From a virus (lineage: Duplodnaviria; Caudoviricetes): a DNA stretch of 64,000 nt. Below the pieces are notes generated by a model that did not search any database, was not told the DNA's origin, and was given only the letters and a program-made list of their open reading frames with translations. This document shows, one piece after another, positions 28,786 to 38,166 of the stretch. A program made the translations under genes and the position numbers. Position 1 is the stretch's first letter. The number at the start of each line of letters is the position of its first letter. Location: the IMG/VR virus record IMGVR_UViG_3300037501_000255. One strand, written 5' to 3'.

Positions 28786-29420
28786 AACCTCCGGCGCTCA
28801 TGTGAATTTTCTTGCGGCGCTCAAGAAGCTCCTGCTTATAGGCAGAAACTGTTGCGGCAAACTTCTCTCTAGTTGAGCGAATGTTCGCTGAGTCACGTTC
28901 AACCTGGACACGGATTTTCTCAATGCTCGAGAGAACCTGCTCCAATTCAACCTGAAGTTCAGCACGTCTAGTTTCCAATTCGCTCATCTGCTTCATTTTT
29001 GCGCCAACACGCTGAGTTTCGGCGGCTGCTGCCGCCTTCTCTGCCTCGGCATCCTTCAGATCGAGTGCATAAAGACATTCATCGATGTCCTTAAGCACTG
29101 CATCCAACTCGAACCCCTGCGGGCGAAGAGCAGCGAGGGCAGCCTTGAATCGAACAGTTTCGTCCGGAATGACAGCGCTCATGCTGTCAGTGAGTGTGAT
29201 AAACTGGCTGTATGCAGAGTGAGCAGCTACCTGAACGTCCTTTTCCAAAATCTTTCTGACCTTCGGTCGCAGCATCGCTTGCCAGCGCAACAGACTGAAC
29301 TGGTGCCGCTCTTACAGGGACAATTGCAGGAGTGGCGGCGGGAGATTCTGGCACCTCCTCCACAACAAAACTCTTGAGTTTACCGAAAATGCTTGTGCTG
29401 TCTGATTGGGTCTTGGTCAT
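28772..29420 (-). CDS. coiled-coil hypothetical protein, frameshift near 29270
   Basis: ORFs 29187-29420 and 28772-29290 join by a frame change. Confidence 0.65.
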
Positions 29421-29466
29421 CTTTTCCTCGGTCAGTACTCGAACTTCGGATGTAAATAATACTGTG

Positions 29467-29543
29467 TGGCGCGCCCGATAGGATTTGAACCTATGGCCTT
29501 GTCCTTAGAAGGGACCTGCTCTATCCAGCTGAGCTACGGGCGC
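29467..29543 (-). tRNA. tRNA-Arg(TCT)
   Basis: GTCC-CTTCTAA-GGAC, GCCA end. Confidence 0.93.
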
Positions 29544-29562
29544 GTATTTAGTAGGATGCGTT

Positions 29563-30072
29563 ATGAAAATATGCTTAAACTGCTCTCAACAATTCTCTTC
29601 TCGACAAAACAATCAAAAGTACTGCTCTGATAAGTGTCGCAACTCCAGCTCTGTTCGACGATATCGCGCCGCTCACATGAAAGAGTGCTCTGTGTGCGGT
29701 AATAGAATAAGGGGCGATTCGACCCTCTGCGGCGCATGTACGCGAACTGGGGGAAGGGATTTGCGCCAGTGCACTCTTGCAGACTACCAGTCAATGCCAA
29801 GCGTCGCAGGCAAGCATCCGTCGTGGATAAACTCTCATGTTAGGAGTTTTGCAAGGTCATGGAATTCACACCTTACAAAGATACCATGCCAAAAGTGCGG
29901 CTATTCGAAACACGTAGAGCTGTGTCATATTATCCCGATATCTCAGTGGCCTAAGACTGCAAGGCTTGGTGACGTTAATCACCAAGACAACCTGCTGGCC
30001 CTATGTCGCAATCACCATTGGGAATTTGATCACAAACATCTTGCGCTCTCAGACATTCCGCAGAGAAATTGA
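29563..30072 (+). CDS. HNH endonuclease with N-terminal Zn fingers
   Basis: CQKCGYSKHVELCHI..NL.ALCRNHHWEFD. Confidence 0.88.
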   Translation: MKICLNCSQQFSSRQNNQKYCSDKCRNSSSVRRYRAAHMKECSVCGNRIRGDSTLCGACTRTGGRDLRQCTLADYQSMPSVAGKHPSWINSHVRSFARSWNSHLTKIPCQKCGYSKHVELCHIIPISQWPKTARLGDVNHQDNLLALCRNHHWEFDHKHLALSDIPQRN

Positions 30073-30648
30073 TTGGTGCTAGTTTATTCTCTCTGGCACC
30101 ACAGAGAAGTCGTGAGAGGCCATCTCTTTACCGACATTTAGCGAGGGATCGTGTTCGCGTTCTCGCCGGGTGTATTAACTGAGTGTAATTCAGTTGTTGC
30201 AACAAACCGTGTGTGCACCACCTGTTTGCCGCTGATTTGCTGGCACGCTTAATTATGACCATCGCAAATCGGAACATTCATCGCTAAAAGTGATGAGATG
30301 ATCATGGTCATAGCGCATTCCTTATTAACCCTGTCTTGCTATACGGCAGGAAGAGAGCCGGCAAGATCCACCGGAGGGGCGCATGTAACCCTGCGCTGGG
30401 GTGGTGTCTTCTGTTCCGCCATGTCAGACTGCATTGCTGCAGAAATCTAGCCATTAACGTATTTGTTAAGGGCTTGAATTACGAAGTATAGGAGGGTTGC
30501 TCCACCAGTGATTGCGACTGCCGCCCAAACAAGCCATGGGCCGATAGCAGCTTTGAAGAATTTTTCAATGTCAAGCTCTCTCATACCGAATCCTCTACGC
30601 ACATATATTATGTGCGCTGCATCGAGCGGATGTAGTTAATTAACCGCC

Positions 30649-30885
30649 TCAATCGTCTTCACCAAGAGCAAATGCGCTGGCGTATTTCTGCTTATACGCC
30701 GAGTAGCAGACTTCGCACTCCCCCGGCAGTTCGCTTCTGAAACCAAAACTGTCTACCGTACAGATGTACGAATCATCGACTTTTGACAGAATGGGCCCAG
30801 AGCCAGACTTTCGCAGAGACTTCACTTCGCCAGCTTTAATAAGGGCAAGTGCAGCCTCTACCTTTGCATGTTCGCATGTACACAT
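30649..30885 (-). CDS. hypothetical protein
   Basis: ATG after AGGAG. Confidence 0.6.
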   Translation of the reverse strand: MCTCEHAKVEAALALIKAGEVKSLRKSGSGPILSKVDDSYICTVDSFGFRSELPGECEVCYSAYKQKYASAFALGEDD

Positions 30886-30902
30886 ACGTACTCCTAAGTG
30901 AG

Positions 30903-30980
30903 TGGTGGGCGCGGTATGATTTGAACATACGACCCCTGTCTTATCAGGACAGTGCTCTTACCGGGCTGAGCTACGCGCCC
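30903..30980 (-). tRNA. tRNA-Ile(GAT)
   Basis: CTGTC-CTGATAA-GACAG, ACCA end. Confidence 0.95.
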
Positions 30981-30984
30981 ACAT

Positions 30985-31296
30985 TCAATGAAAAACTAGT
31001 GCCCTCATAATTGCCTTGCCATCATCATATCCAAGAATATAATTTTCTACTGCGGAGGCAATGCTGCGCATCTCAGTCGCATCGACGAAGCCGCTAAGAT
31101 AATCGGCATCCATGCCTGTCGAAATCAGGCCAGCTACTACGAATTCGCGCAAAGTATCCTGCACCCCATTGCCGCGAGCTACACATTTTCGTGAAATCAG
31201 AAGACTACGCCATCTCTTGACATTTGTGTTTGTACGCGACAGATACAGCATAATAAGAGGGTGTGCGAGAGTGAAGCCTTTGTCACTCTTCAGCAT
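30985..31296 (-). CDS. hypothetical protein
   Basis: ATG ORF. Confidence 0.55.
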   Translation of the reverse strand: MLKSDKGFTLAHPLIMLYLSRTNTNVKRWRSLLISRKCVARGNGVQDTLREFVVAGLISTGMDADYLSGFVDATEMRSIASAVENYILGYDDGKAIMRALVFH

Positions 31297-31477
31297 AAAG
31301 TGGTGATGCGGAACAACTCCGTGCCGAGAGTACCTGTCAGATATCTCTTTGGGAGAGACTCTGTGAAGAGTCGGTTTCCTATTTGAGGAATCTCTGCACA
31401 GAACCTACCACGACCTGGCCTTTTGTCGCAGCTAGAGAATTCTTTGCCGCACAACTCACAAATACACATGTGCTTCC

Positions 31478-31981
31478 TCATATTGTGAACCAAGCAATCA
31501 CATCGCCGCTGTATGGTTCTTGTTCGGTTTGCGGCCATTGCCTCGCGAACCAATCTTTCCACAATGGGTGTCTGCACGCTTTTGTCTTATCTGTTCCAGC
31601 ATGCCTTTTTAGAAACCGAAAATCACTTCCTGGATTAACATTTTGCCTGAATGATACCGAGCGCCTTATGCGCTGCATTGCCTCGGAATACGACTGCATA
31701 GTGACCGCGTAATAACGACGTGAAGTCTCGTATGTTGAGCCGAACTGCTCATCATAGAAGTCTACATCAGAGTGAATTGGTGTTGCGAATGACATTTCAT
31801 CCATTACGCAATCAAAGCCTAAAATTGCGCCATTCCACCTTAGCGTGCCACTCAGTATTCCATCCCAGGAATTATGCCGGTATATGATGTCTCGACCATA
31901 GACTGGAGCGAGTCTTGGTAGGTCCAAGAGGTAAGCGAATATCTCGCTAGGACTAAGCTCTTTTAATTCTTGTATCTTCAT
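31478..31981 (-). CDS. hypothetical protein
   Basis: start MKIQEL directly after tRNA-His. Confidence 0.6.
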   Translation of the reverse strand: MKIQELKELSPSEIFAYLLDLPRLAPVYGRDIIYRHNSWDGILSGTLRWNGAILGFDCVMDEMSFATPIHSDVDFYDEQFGSTYETSRRYYAVTMQSYSEAMQRIRRSVSFRQNVNPGSDFRFLKRHAGTDKTKACRHPLWKDWFARQWPQTEQEPYSGDVIAWFTI

Positions 31982-31985
31982 AAAA

Positions 31986-32063
31986 TGGGGTGGCCGACGG
32001 GATTCGAACCCGCGATGCCCTGAGTCACAGTCAAGTGCCTTAAGCCGCTCGGCCACGGCCACC
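31986..32063 (-). tRNA. tRNA-His(GTG) with encoded G-1
   Basis: CTTGA-CTGTGAC-TCAGG; G-GTGGCCG 5' end, CCCA 3' end. Confidence 0.95.
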
Positions 32064-32066
32064 ATA

Positions 32067-32804
32067 TCAGATAACTACTGTTACCGCCTCGCCGCGTTCT
32101 TTGAGCAGACGACCTAAATCATCAAATGATATGCAGAACCGACCACATTTTCCCCAGAATCTTCCCCAAGAATTTATGCCCCATACCAATTTCTTCTCAA
32201 CATCTATTCCCAGCAATTCAAAGGCATGACCCCCTCGACGCTCCCCGGTTATCCTAACTCTGCCGGACAGGTCAGGCTTATCGAAACCGGCATACCAGTT
32301 TACACCTACAGCGACGGGGCCAACATACGCAAGCGTACGCAAAACGTCCTCAATACCGAAACACCAGCGATATTCTTTAATCAACATCGCTTCCTTGGCG
32401 GCCTTCATAGCCGAAAGTACGCTTGAGCCGGTATCTGTGGGAGGATATTGCCCGCTAAATTGATCAAGCTCTGTAGCGCGCGAATAAAGATCGATGGCCA
32501 GGTTTTGTGAAAAATCCACATCATCACCCAACCCATCCAGATTGTTTGGGTTGGTTGCCAGCAGCCCGACGATAGCATTCCCCGTACAGGAACCTAGTTT
32601 GCCCTGATTTAGGGGCGGAGTGTGGCGCTCCCACATCTTACTGCGTAGCTCAACAGGATGCCCGTCTAAAATGACACGGTAATCCTTGCTGCGCTCATCG
32701 AACTTTACGTGACGACCGAGGCGTCGACTGAATACTCCTAGCCACCCTATCAGTCGCCCCCACCACGTCTGCAGCTCCGGAATTATTTCTACCACTAAGG
32801 ACAT
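32067..32804 (-). CDS. papain-like cysteine protease (C1A)
   Basis: LNQGKLGSCTGNA, GGHAF, INSWG. Confidence 0.92.
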   Translation of the reverse strand: MSLVVEIIPELQTWWGRLIGWLGVFSRRLGRHVKFDERSKDYRVILDGHPVELRSKMWERHTPPLNQGKLGSCTGNAIVGLLATNPNNLDGLGDDVDFSQNLAIDLYSRATELDQFSGQYPPTDTGSSVLSAMKAAKEAMLIKEYRWCFGIEDVLRTLAYVGPVAVGVNWYAGFDKPDLSGRVRITGERRGGHAFELLGIDVEKKLVWGINSWGRFWGKCGRFCISFDDLGRLLKERGEAVTVVI

Positions 32805-32958
32805 CGCTTACCTCAAAATACCGATTAACTCTGGCATTGCACCTGTCACAGTGTAACGTGCCGTCCCGGTCATCCGTAATGAATCGCCCAATATACCTGC
32901 CATTCTTACATGCCGTACATTGAGCATTGGTTAAGTCTATACTGTCAGACATGATATT

Positions 32959-33034
32959 TGGTGGAGCTGACAGGGATCGAACCTGCGACATCAAGCTTGC
33001 AAAGCTTGCGCTCTCCCAGCTGAGCTACAGCCCC
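32959..33034 (-). tRNA. tRNA-Ala(TGC)
   Basis: CAAGC-TTTGCAA-GCTTG; G3.U70; ACCA end. Confidence 0.96.
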
Positions 33035-33074
33035 GTACACACTAGCATCATATCTCTGCGTCAATAGACATTGA

Positions 33075-33383
33075 CTATATTACCCTACTCTTTTTAACTA
33101 CAAGATCTTCCCCGCAATCGGGACAGTATAGAAAATCTTCTCCTTTTAGAATCTTTCTAGCAAAGCTCTTAGCAGCATTCCCGAAGAACCTCTTCGACAA
33201 CTCTTCAGGCCACGGATGCTCACCTGATTCATAATGAACCTTTCCGTCCAGATCGATAGTCCACCAACCGCCTGGTAGGAGGAAGAGGTATTCACTGCGA
33301 GCTGGAAGAAAGAAATCGGCTCCAAAAGCCAGTTCTTCTGTTACATGTCCACAGGCGCACGTGAATGTATATTTCTTCCCCAT
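33075..33383 (-). CDS. hypothetical Zn-ribbon protein
   Basis: CACG..CPDCG. Confidence 0.65.
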   Translation of the reverse strand: MGKKYTFTCACGHVTEELAFGADFFLPARSEYLFLLPGGWWTIDLDGKVHYESGEHPWPEELSKRFFGNAAKSFARKILKGEDFLYCPDCGEDLVVKKSRVI

Positions 33384-33387
33384 TATC

Positions 33388-33657
33388 TCACCTTCCGTAC
33401 ATAATCAGCTGCATAATGCCCGGTTCTTTCGAAGGACCCTCAAGCAGTAGCGTCTTGAGTGCGCTAACCTGCGCGGCACGTTTTGGATAGTCAACCCAAC
33501 CGGAGTCCCGGTCATATTCCTCTACCCTTTGGAAGGCGCGCTCAAGTTCTTCACGCTCGTAATCCCAGCCTAAATTAGCATGATATACAAGTGTGAGTGC
33601 AGCAAATGTCTCAGGAGCATCACCAAAAAGCACAGCATTTTTAATTGCTCCAGCCAA
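33388..33657 (-). CDS. hypothetical protein
   Basis: ATG ORF. Confidence 0.6.
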   Translation of the reverse strand: MAGAIKNAVLFGDAPETFAALTLVYHANLGWDYEREELERAFQRVEEYDRDSGWVDYPKRAAQVSALKTLLLEGPSKEPGIMQLIMYGR

Positions 33658-33946
33658 CTTGCCATCGCGCCAATCGCACGCAGCGTCGTTCGAAAATGGT
33701 CGCGGCTGGCTTACACCAGCAGACTAAATCTTTGCCGGCCAGCTCTTTGCGCGCCGACTCAACCAATTCAGGCTGAGCCATGAGCCATTCCTCATATTTG
33801 AGTACAGCCTCTTCTCGGGAAGAAACCTTATATTGCGCAATTGTTCCATCTTTATGAGTAAAAGGGTTGCCCCATTTTGATGGCCGACCAATATACACCG
33901 CATCTGCTGCGGCCGTCTTGTGGTATTTATTATGTACCGTTGGCAT
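33641..33946 (-). CDS. DUF4326 protein
   Basis: VYIGRPSKWGNPF..REEAV..YEEWL..L.GKDLVCWCKP. Confidence 0.88.
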   Translation of the reverse strand: MPTVHNKYHKTAAADAVYIGRPSKWGNPFTHKDGTIAQYKVSSREEAVLKYEEWLMAQPELVESARKELAGKDLVCWCKPAATIFERRCVRLARWQVGWSN

Positions 33947-34165
33947 AGACAAATACCTTTCCGCCCCTACACCTAGCTCGCCAACCCGCATCGCGACATA
34001 TTTTTAGCTAGTCGCGCAGCATTCTCCGGATCTTCGAAACCAAGAAAGCGAAATGTTGTGCGGTCACGGTCGCCGGATGGCCGCAGTAGAACCTTGCACG
34101 TATCCGCCTGTCGCTGCAAAAACTCTTTACTCAATAGGATCGACATCAAATATCTCGTAAGAAAT

Positions 34166-34236
34166 TAGGTCAAGGGGCGCGGTCAGCATTTTTTTCAAAG
34201 TGTTGGTTTGACGATAACTGAACCACATCGGACCTA
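34166..34236 (-). ncRNA. stand-alone Y RNA, animal-like architecture (Y1)
   Basis: UAGGUC-C-GA/UU-GACCUA bulged helix, UGUGGUUCAG/CUGACCGCG upper stem, UUAUC at loop start, CCCC internal loop. Confidence 0.85.
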
Positions 34237-34244
34237 AATCAATT

Positions 34245-34610
34245 TCAGAGACTATTGTATTCTCTCAGGGCTCGGCGGAAGAGTGATTCGCGGTGAGGAT
34301 TCTTAATCTCGAACCGCTTGGATTCCATCTTGCCTGGGGCCGGATTGAGCGCGAGTACCGTATAGAAAAGATCCGTGTCGGGGTTGCGCTTCAGATAGTC
34401 CTCGGCCCAATCGACGAACTTCTGTTCATCCGTGAAAGCCGCAAAAACTTGATCGATTTTATCACCCTTCATCGTATGAAGGATCGCTGCGAACTGCTCT
34501 TCCATTTGTTCTCCTATAATTGGGCTCGGTGGAGTTGCTCCCGGCCGGCCTTCGTCTGGGTCTACAAGCATAGCTGAACTATACAATCTAGAGCCTGGAT
34601 TTCTCGACAT
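34245..34610 (-). CDS. hypothetical protein
   Basis: ORF upstream of Y1; start uncertain. Confidence 0.55.
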   Translation of the reverse strand: MSRNPGSRLYSSAMLVDPDEGRPGATPPSPIIGEQMEEQFAAILHTMKGDKIDQVFAAFTDEQKFVDWAEDYLKRNPDTDLFYTVLALNPAPGKMESKRFEIKNPHRESLFRRALREYNSL

Positions 34611-34888
34611 GTAAGAGAGCGCCCAGGCGGCTGCCTTTTCGAAGTCAGTAAAGATTTGAAATTCGCTGTCTTCTATAGTTAGAGAATTGTCAAATATACA
34701 GATTATACTATCTCAGGACTGGAGATCTAGTTCTAGGTCGAAGGTGAATACATGCGGCTCAGCCACCCAATTCTCAAGATACTGCTCTAGCCATCCAGAA
34801 TCCCCGTTGACGAATAGCCCGGCGGGCACAGTTAAACACCCACTCTCATATGCTACTAGGTATACTTGAGTCATGAAATCCTTTAATT

Positions 34889-34964
34889 TGGCTCCGGGAG
34901 CAGGGTTCGAACCTGCGACCACCTGGTTAACAGCCAGACGCTCCACCAACTGAGCTATCCCGGA
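34889..34964 (-). tRNA. tRNA-Asn(GTT)
   Basis: CTGG-CTGTTAA-CCAG, GCCA end. Confidence 0.96.
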
Positions 34965-35143
34965 CCACTAAAATCGTAAGCGTTTATGTACTCGATATCC
35001 TCTGGCGTTAGGCACTTCCGCCACAGATATTCTAAATGATCGGCGATCAAATCCTCGAGTGCCTCTGGAAACTCAGGCACCCTGCTGCGCATCAGCAGCA
35101 GAGCCTTCGTAATCGCTATATACTTTTCCCTGTAGTTTTCCAT
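34955..35143 (-). CDS. hypothetical protein
   Basis: ATG ORF; end overlaps tRNA-Asn. Confidence 0.5.
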   Translation of the reverse strand: MENYREKYIAITKALLLMRSRVPEFPEALEDLIADHLEYLWRKCLTPEDIEYINAYDFSGPG

Positions 35144-35152
35144 AAGAAGAGT

Positions 35153-35310
35153 TGGTCGGCATAGCGTTCACCCTACGACCATCAGGCTCAATATACCAGC
35201 AAGTATGCGTTGCCGGTGCCAGCCCTGTGATATGGGCTTTTCGCTAGCACAGAGTTATCCTAGGTTCTCTGTATTCGCTAGGCACTCACCGCCTTCCGGG
35301 GGTGGTAATG
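35153..35310 (-). ncRNA. candidate multi-helix ncRNA
   Basis: GTGCC/GGCAC enclosing CTAGC/GCTAG, ACAGAG/CTCTGT and AGCCC/GGGCT; further hairpins CGGCAA/TTGCTG and GGTCG/CGACC. Confidence 0.45.
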
Positions 35311-35316
35311 AAAACA

Positions 35317-35406
35317 CCGTACACTAGAAGGATTTGAACCTCCGACCTCGGGCTCCAACAGCATGACGCAATGCCTGCGCTCTCCCAGGCTGAGCTATAG
35401 GTACGG
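35317..35406 (-). tRNA. Pro-like tRNA scaffold with a 19-nt anticodon loop
   Basis: TAGCTCAGCCTGGGAGAGC D-arm, CAGGC-ATTGCGTCATGCTGTTGGA-GCCCG, GGAGG-TTCAAAT-CCTTC. Confidence 0.65.
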
Positions 35407-35674
35407 GCTGCTAGCGGTAATTGAAACTACTTCATCGTAAACATCATGATGTGATCGCAGCTGGTTTATTCGGAGAACCTGTCGGGCCCCTCCCCGCTCT
35501 AGGTTTTTGTCGTGCGACATGCTGTGTTATTTCCAAGTAAAATCAGATGTTCTGCATCCTTATTTGTATATGCTTCCGTAACCGTTTCCCAGTTGCAGAA
35601 TGACTCCACCAAAAAAACATCATCCCTATCGATACGCCTAGTTAAAGATGAGAATACTGATGCTTTTTCGTGGA

Positions 35675-35753
35675 TGGTTGCGGGAGCTGGATTCGAACCA
35701 GCGATATCGAGCATATGAAACTCGCGAGGACGACCAGACTCCTCTATCCCGCA
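35675..35753 (-). tRNA. tRNA-Met(CAT), initiator-like D-arm
   Basis: TGCGGGA/TCCCGCA-ACCA, CGAGT-TTCATAT-GCTCG. Confidence 0.88.
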
Positions 35754-35760
35754 TCTCTTT

Positions 35761-35836
35761 TGGTGGTGACAGCATGAGTCGAACATGCATAGGCCGGCGT
35801 ATGAAACCAGTGCACTGCCAATTGTGCTATGTCACC
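35761..35836 (-). tRNA. tRNA-Met/Ile2(CAT)
   Basis: CTGGT-TTCATAC-GCCGG, ACCA end. Confidence 0.88.
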
Positions 35837-36074
35837 TCATCATATGGTAATCTTCATTTTCTTCATCTTGCGACCATTGGGACATATACAATGTGCTTTA
35901 ATGCCACAATCAGCATTGCCTAAAGGGTCTTGCGTATAACCGATTGTATTCACCACCCCAGAATGGGGCAAGGCCCGCACATGGGGACTTTAATACCTGG
36001 CAGATGGGGAAACAGTAAATTCCTTCCATAAAGAGGAAGATCTCACATTACTCCTGTAATCTGACCGTGTAGAA

Positions 36075-36150
36075 TGGAGAGAGTAGAGGGGTTCAAACCC
36101 TCGGCCTCCGACTTGGAAGGATGGCGCTCTATCAGCTGAGCTATACTCTC
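36075..36150 (-). tRNA. tRNA-Gly(TCC)
   Basis: CTTCCAA loop (weak anticodon stem), TCCA end. Confidence 0.85.
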
Positions 36151-36156
36151 ATAAGA

Positions 36157-36542
36157 TTACAGTTCGTACCTAACTTGCCCGCCGTCTGTGAATAACCCTA
36201 CTCGGGCATATACCTCGAAGGGGATAATTGACTCGTAACCCTTAGCAAGAAGTTCATTGGAATAGACAGTAGACTTTTTATCTACCGATATCGTAATGTG
36301 CGGAATTGCATGATTACTCACAACTCCCATTGGCTCTACCGCAACAGCTTGCCCGTATTCATCGTCCGTACGCGTAGCCTGATTAGCTGTCCAAGCGGCA
36401 GCCCTTCAATCTCCTCATCCTAGGGATTAAAGTTGATGGTCATGTGGTGAGCAAAAACCTTGGGGTGCTTAGGGGGAAGGGCGCTAAGTATCGCTGCTCG
36501 ACTCTCCTCCGGAAGAAATGCCCCTGCGTAAATTACCGCCAT
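36157..36542 (-). CDS. 2H phosphoesterase (tRNA-ligase CPDase-like), missed by ORF track; in-frame TAG at 36420-36422 and a frameshift
   Basis: Manual translation MAVIYAGAFLPEESRAAILSALPPKHPKVFAHHMTINFNP*DEE.. / ..GQAVAV..IPHITISVDKKSTVYSNELL; two HxT motifs. Confidence 0.72.
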
Positions 36543-36747
36543 CTACCCACTCCATAAGAATATCGAAGCAATCTTCGCAAAGATCTAGGTCAAACACCTG
36601 TTCATCCCTGCGCGACTCGTATCCCCAATATGCAGTTAAATTGGCATGTTCGTAATTCATCTGACGCCTGCATGACTGTCCGCATCGATCACAAATAATA
36701 TCCGCTAGGGCTTCAACTACGGTCTCGACTCTGGTCATCCTCCTCAT
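36484..36747 (-). CDS. hypothetical Zn-ribbon protein
   Basis: ICDRCG..LDLCEDCF. Confidence 0.65.
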   Translation of the reverse strand: MRRMTRVETVVEALADIICDRCGQSCRRQMNYEHANLTAYWGYESRRDEQVFDLDLCEDCFDILMEWVDGGNLRRGISSGGESSSDT

Positions 36748-37249
36748 CTACGGGCTCCCGGATATCTCTAAAATGAGCAGTTAGAGCATTTAGTGCAAAA
36801 GTACGTATCTTCTGTGGCCAATTATTTTGGCTAAGTGCGATAGGTAGATTTGCCTTCCATAGTAGGAGCGCATAGGTGCGCGAGGCCGGCAAACCTGTCA
36901 TATTAAAACTACGCAAGTGTTTTAGTTGTGTGGAAAAGACTCTCTGAACTTTTCCAATCAGTTTGGGGTCTAAACTCTTTCTTAGCTCGGATTATAAGAT
37001 CTGGGCCGCCTCAGAGGCTCCAAAAAGATTCAATTCACTCATGTGCGATAGAGTTTTGTAGCCACCGGAATTACCCGTGTGGTTCTGTGAAATAGGAATA
37101 CGCTGCCTGTATGTAGATTTACTACAGTGTAACTTTCTTCGGAAGCTTGAGCGGTCAGAGGCCACAGATCAGTTTCTGAAATAGACTTCCCGAGATTTTT
37201 TACTGCAAACTCTGGCACAAAGGTACCGCAGGTCGGAAGATTTTCCAAT

Positions 37250-37564
37250 TCAATGGCGGGCACTTCTGCTGTATCCGTTCGCAAAATCATCATACGTAGT
37301 TCCTGCGCGAGCAACAAATTCCGATAAGTAAAACCACCCCATCCGATCTGGGCTGTATCCGGGTGGCATCTGCGGTCGGTCAAGATCTATGCCATAGTAA
37401 TCGCGTCTTATATTTCCGGAATATAATCGATTATTTTCCCATAGTAGATCTATGCGGCGCTGAATCTCGGCAGAGATTACTTCAGCTATCTCGGGCACTT
37501 CTCTATTATAAACTTTAATTCTAGCCATTAGGTAGGCAAGCGTCTCTTTACTATAGCACTTCAT
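37250..37564 (-). CDS. hypothetical protein
   Basis: ATG directly after tRNA-Leu. Confidence 0.55.
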   Translation of the reverse strand: MKCYSKETLAYLMARIKVYNREVPEIAEVISAEIQRRIDLLWENNRLYSGNIRRDYYGIDLDRPQMPPGYSPDRMGWFYLSEFVARAGTTYDDFANGYSRSARH

Positions 37565-37571
37565 AGTTAAT

Positions 37572-37701
37572 TGGTGGGGACGGAGGGACTCGAACCCTCA
37601 TGCTGTTTAGGCGCAGGAATCTTGGCGATTGGTGTCGGAGTCGAACCAACATATACCTTACCAATCAAATCCTGTGTGTCTACCAGTTCCACCACGTCCC
37701 C
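37572..37701 (-). tRNA. tRNA-Leu(TAG) interrupted between nt 34 and 35 by a 44-nt mini-tRNA
   Basis: Leu scaffold GGGGACG-TGGTGGAACTGGTAGACAC; CAGGA-TTT[insert]AGAT-TCCTG; variable arm; ACCA; 86 nt without the insert. Confidence 0.9.
37623..37666 (-). other. 44-nt mini-tRNA insert 1
   Basis: GATTGGT-AAGGTATAT-GTTGG-TTCGACT-CCGAC-ACCAATC-GCCA. Confidence 0.9.
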
Positions 37702-37734
37702 ATACTAATTATTTACGATACATGCGGAGGGCTT

Positions 37735-38166
37735 ATGGACCTATACTTTGAAGATGTTGACTGCTATATTAGCGTAGAGCCGGAAGATTTCAGCGAAACT
37801 TTTGTTGTTGATGCCGAGATTTCCGATGCAGCCGCTGACCTACTCATTACTGCAAATGAACTTGATGAGGTGGGATTTTCCTCCTTAGCCAATACTATGG
37901 ACTCCATCCTGATGAAGTTAGCGGCAAAGTATCATGGCCGTACAGTTACACTTAACAAGCCATTTAGGACGCCGAAGGGCCCTAAGAAATTCAGCGTATA
38001 CACTAAAAATGAGAAGGGTAACGTAGTCAAGGTTAATTTCGGAGACCCAAACATGGAGATTAAACGCGATATACCGGCTCGCCGTAAATCATTTAGAGCA
38101 CGTCACAAGTGCGATAATCCCGGCCCCAAGTGGAAGGCGCGCTACTGGTCATGCAGAATGTGGTGA
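37735..38166 (+). CDS. conserved phage-type protein with shared ANxLD motif and basic C-terminal domain
   Basis: LLITANELDEVGFSSLANTMDSIL; KVNFGDPNMEIKRD.PARRKSFRARHKCD..ARYWSC. Confidence 0.8.
   Translation: MDLYFEDVDCYISVEPEDFSETFVVDAEISDAAADLLITANELDEVGFSSLANTMDSILMKLAAKYHGRTVTLNKPFRTPKGPKKFSVYTKNEKGNVVKVNFGDPNMEIKRDIPARRKSFRARHKCDNPGPKWKARYWSCRMW

Noticed and set aside
30072-30590. Possible spanin/holin genes after the HNH
   Set aside because: Frames are broken by stops and no lipobox or consistent TM pattern could be established.
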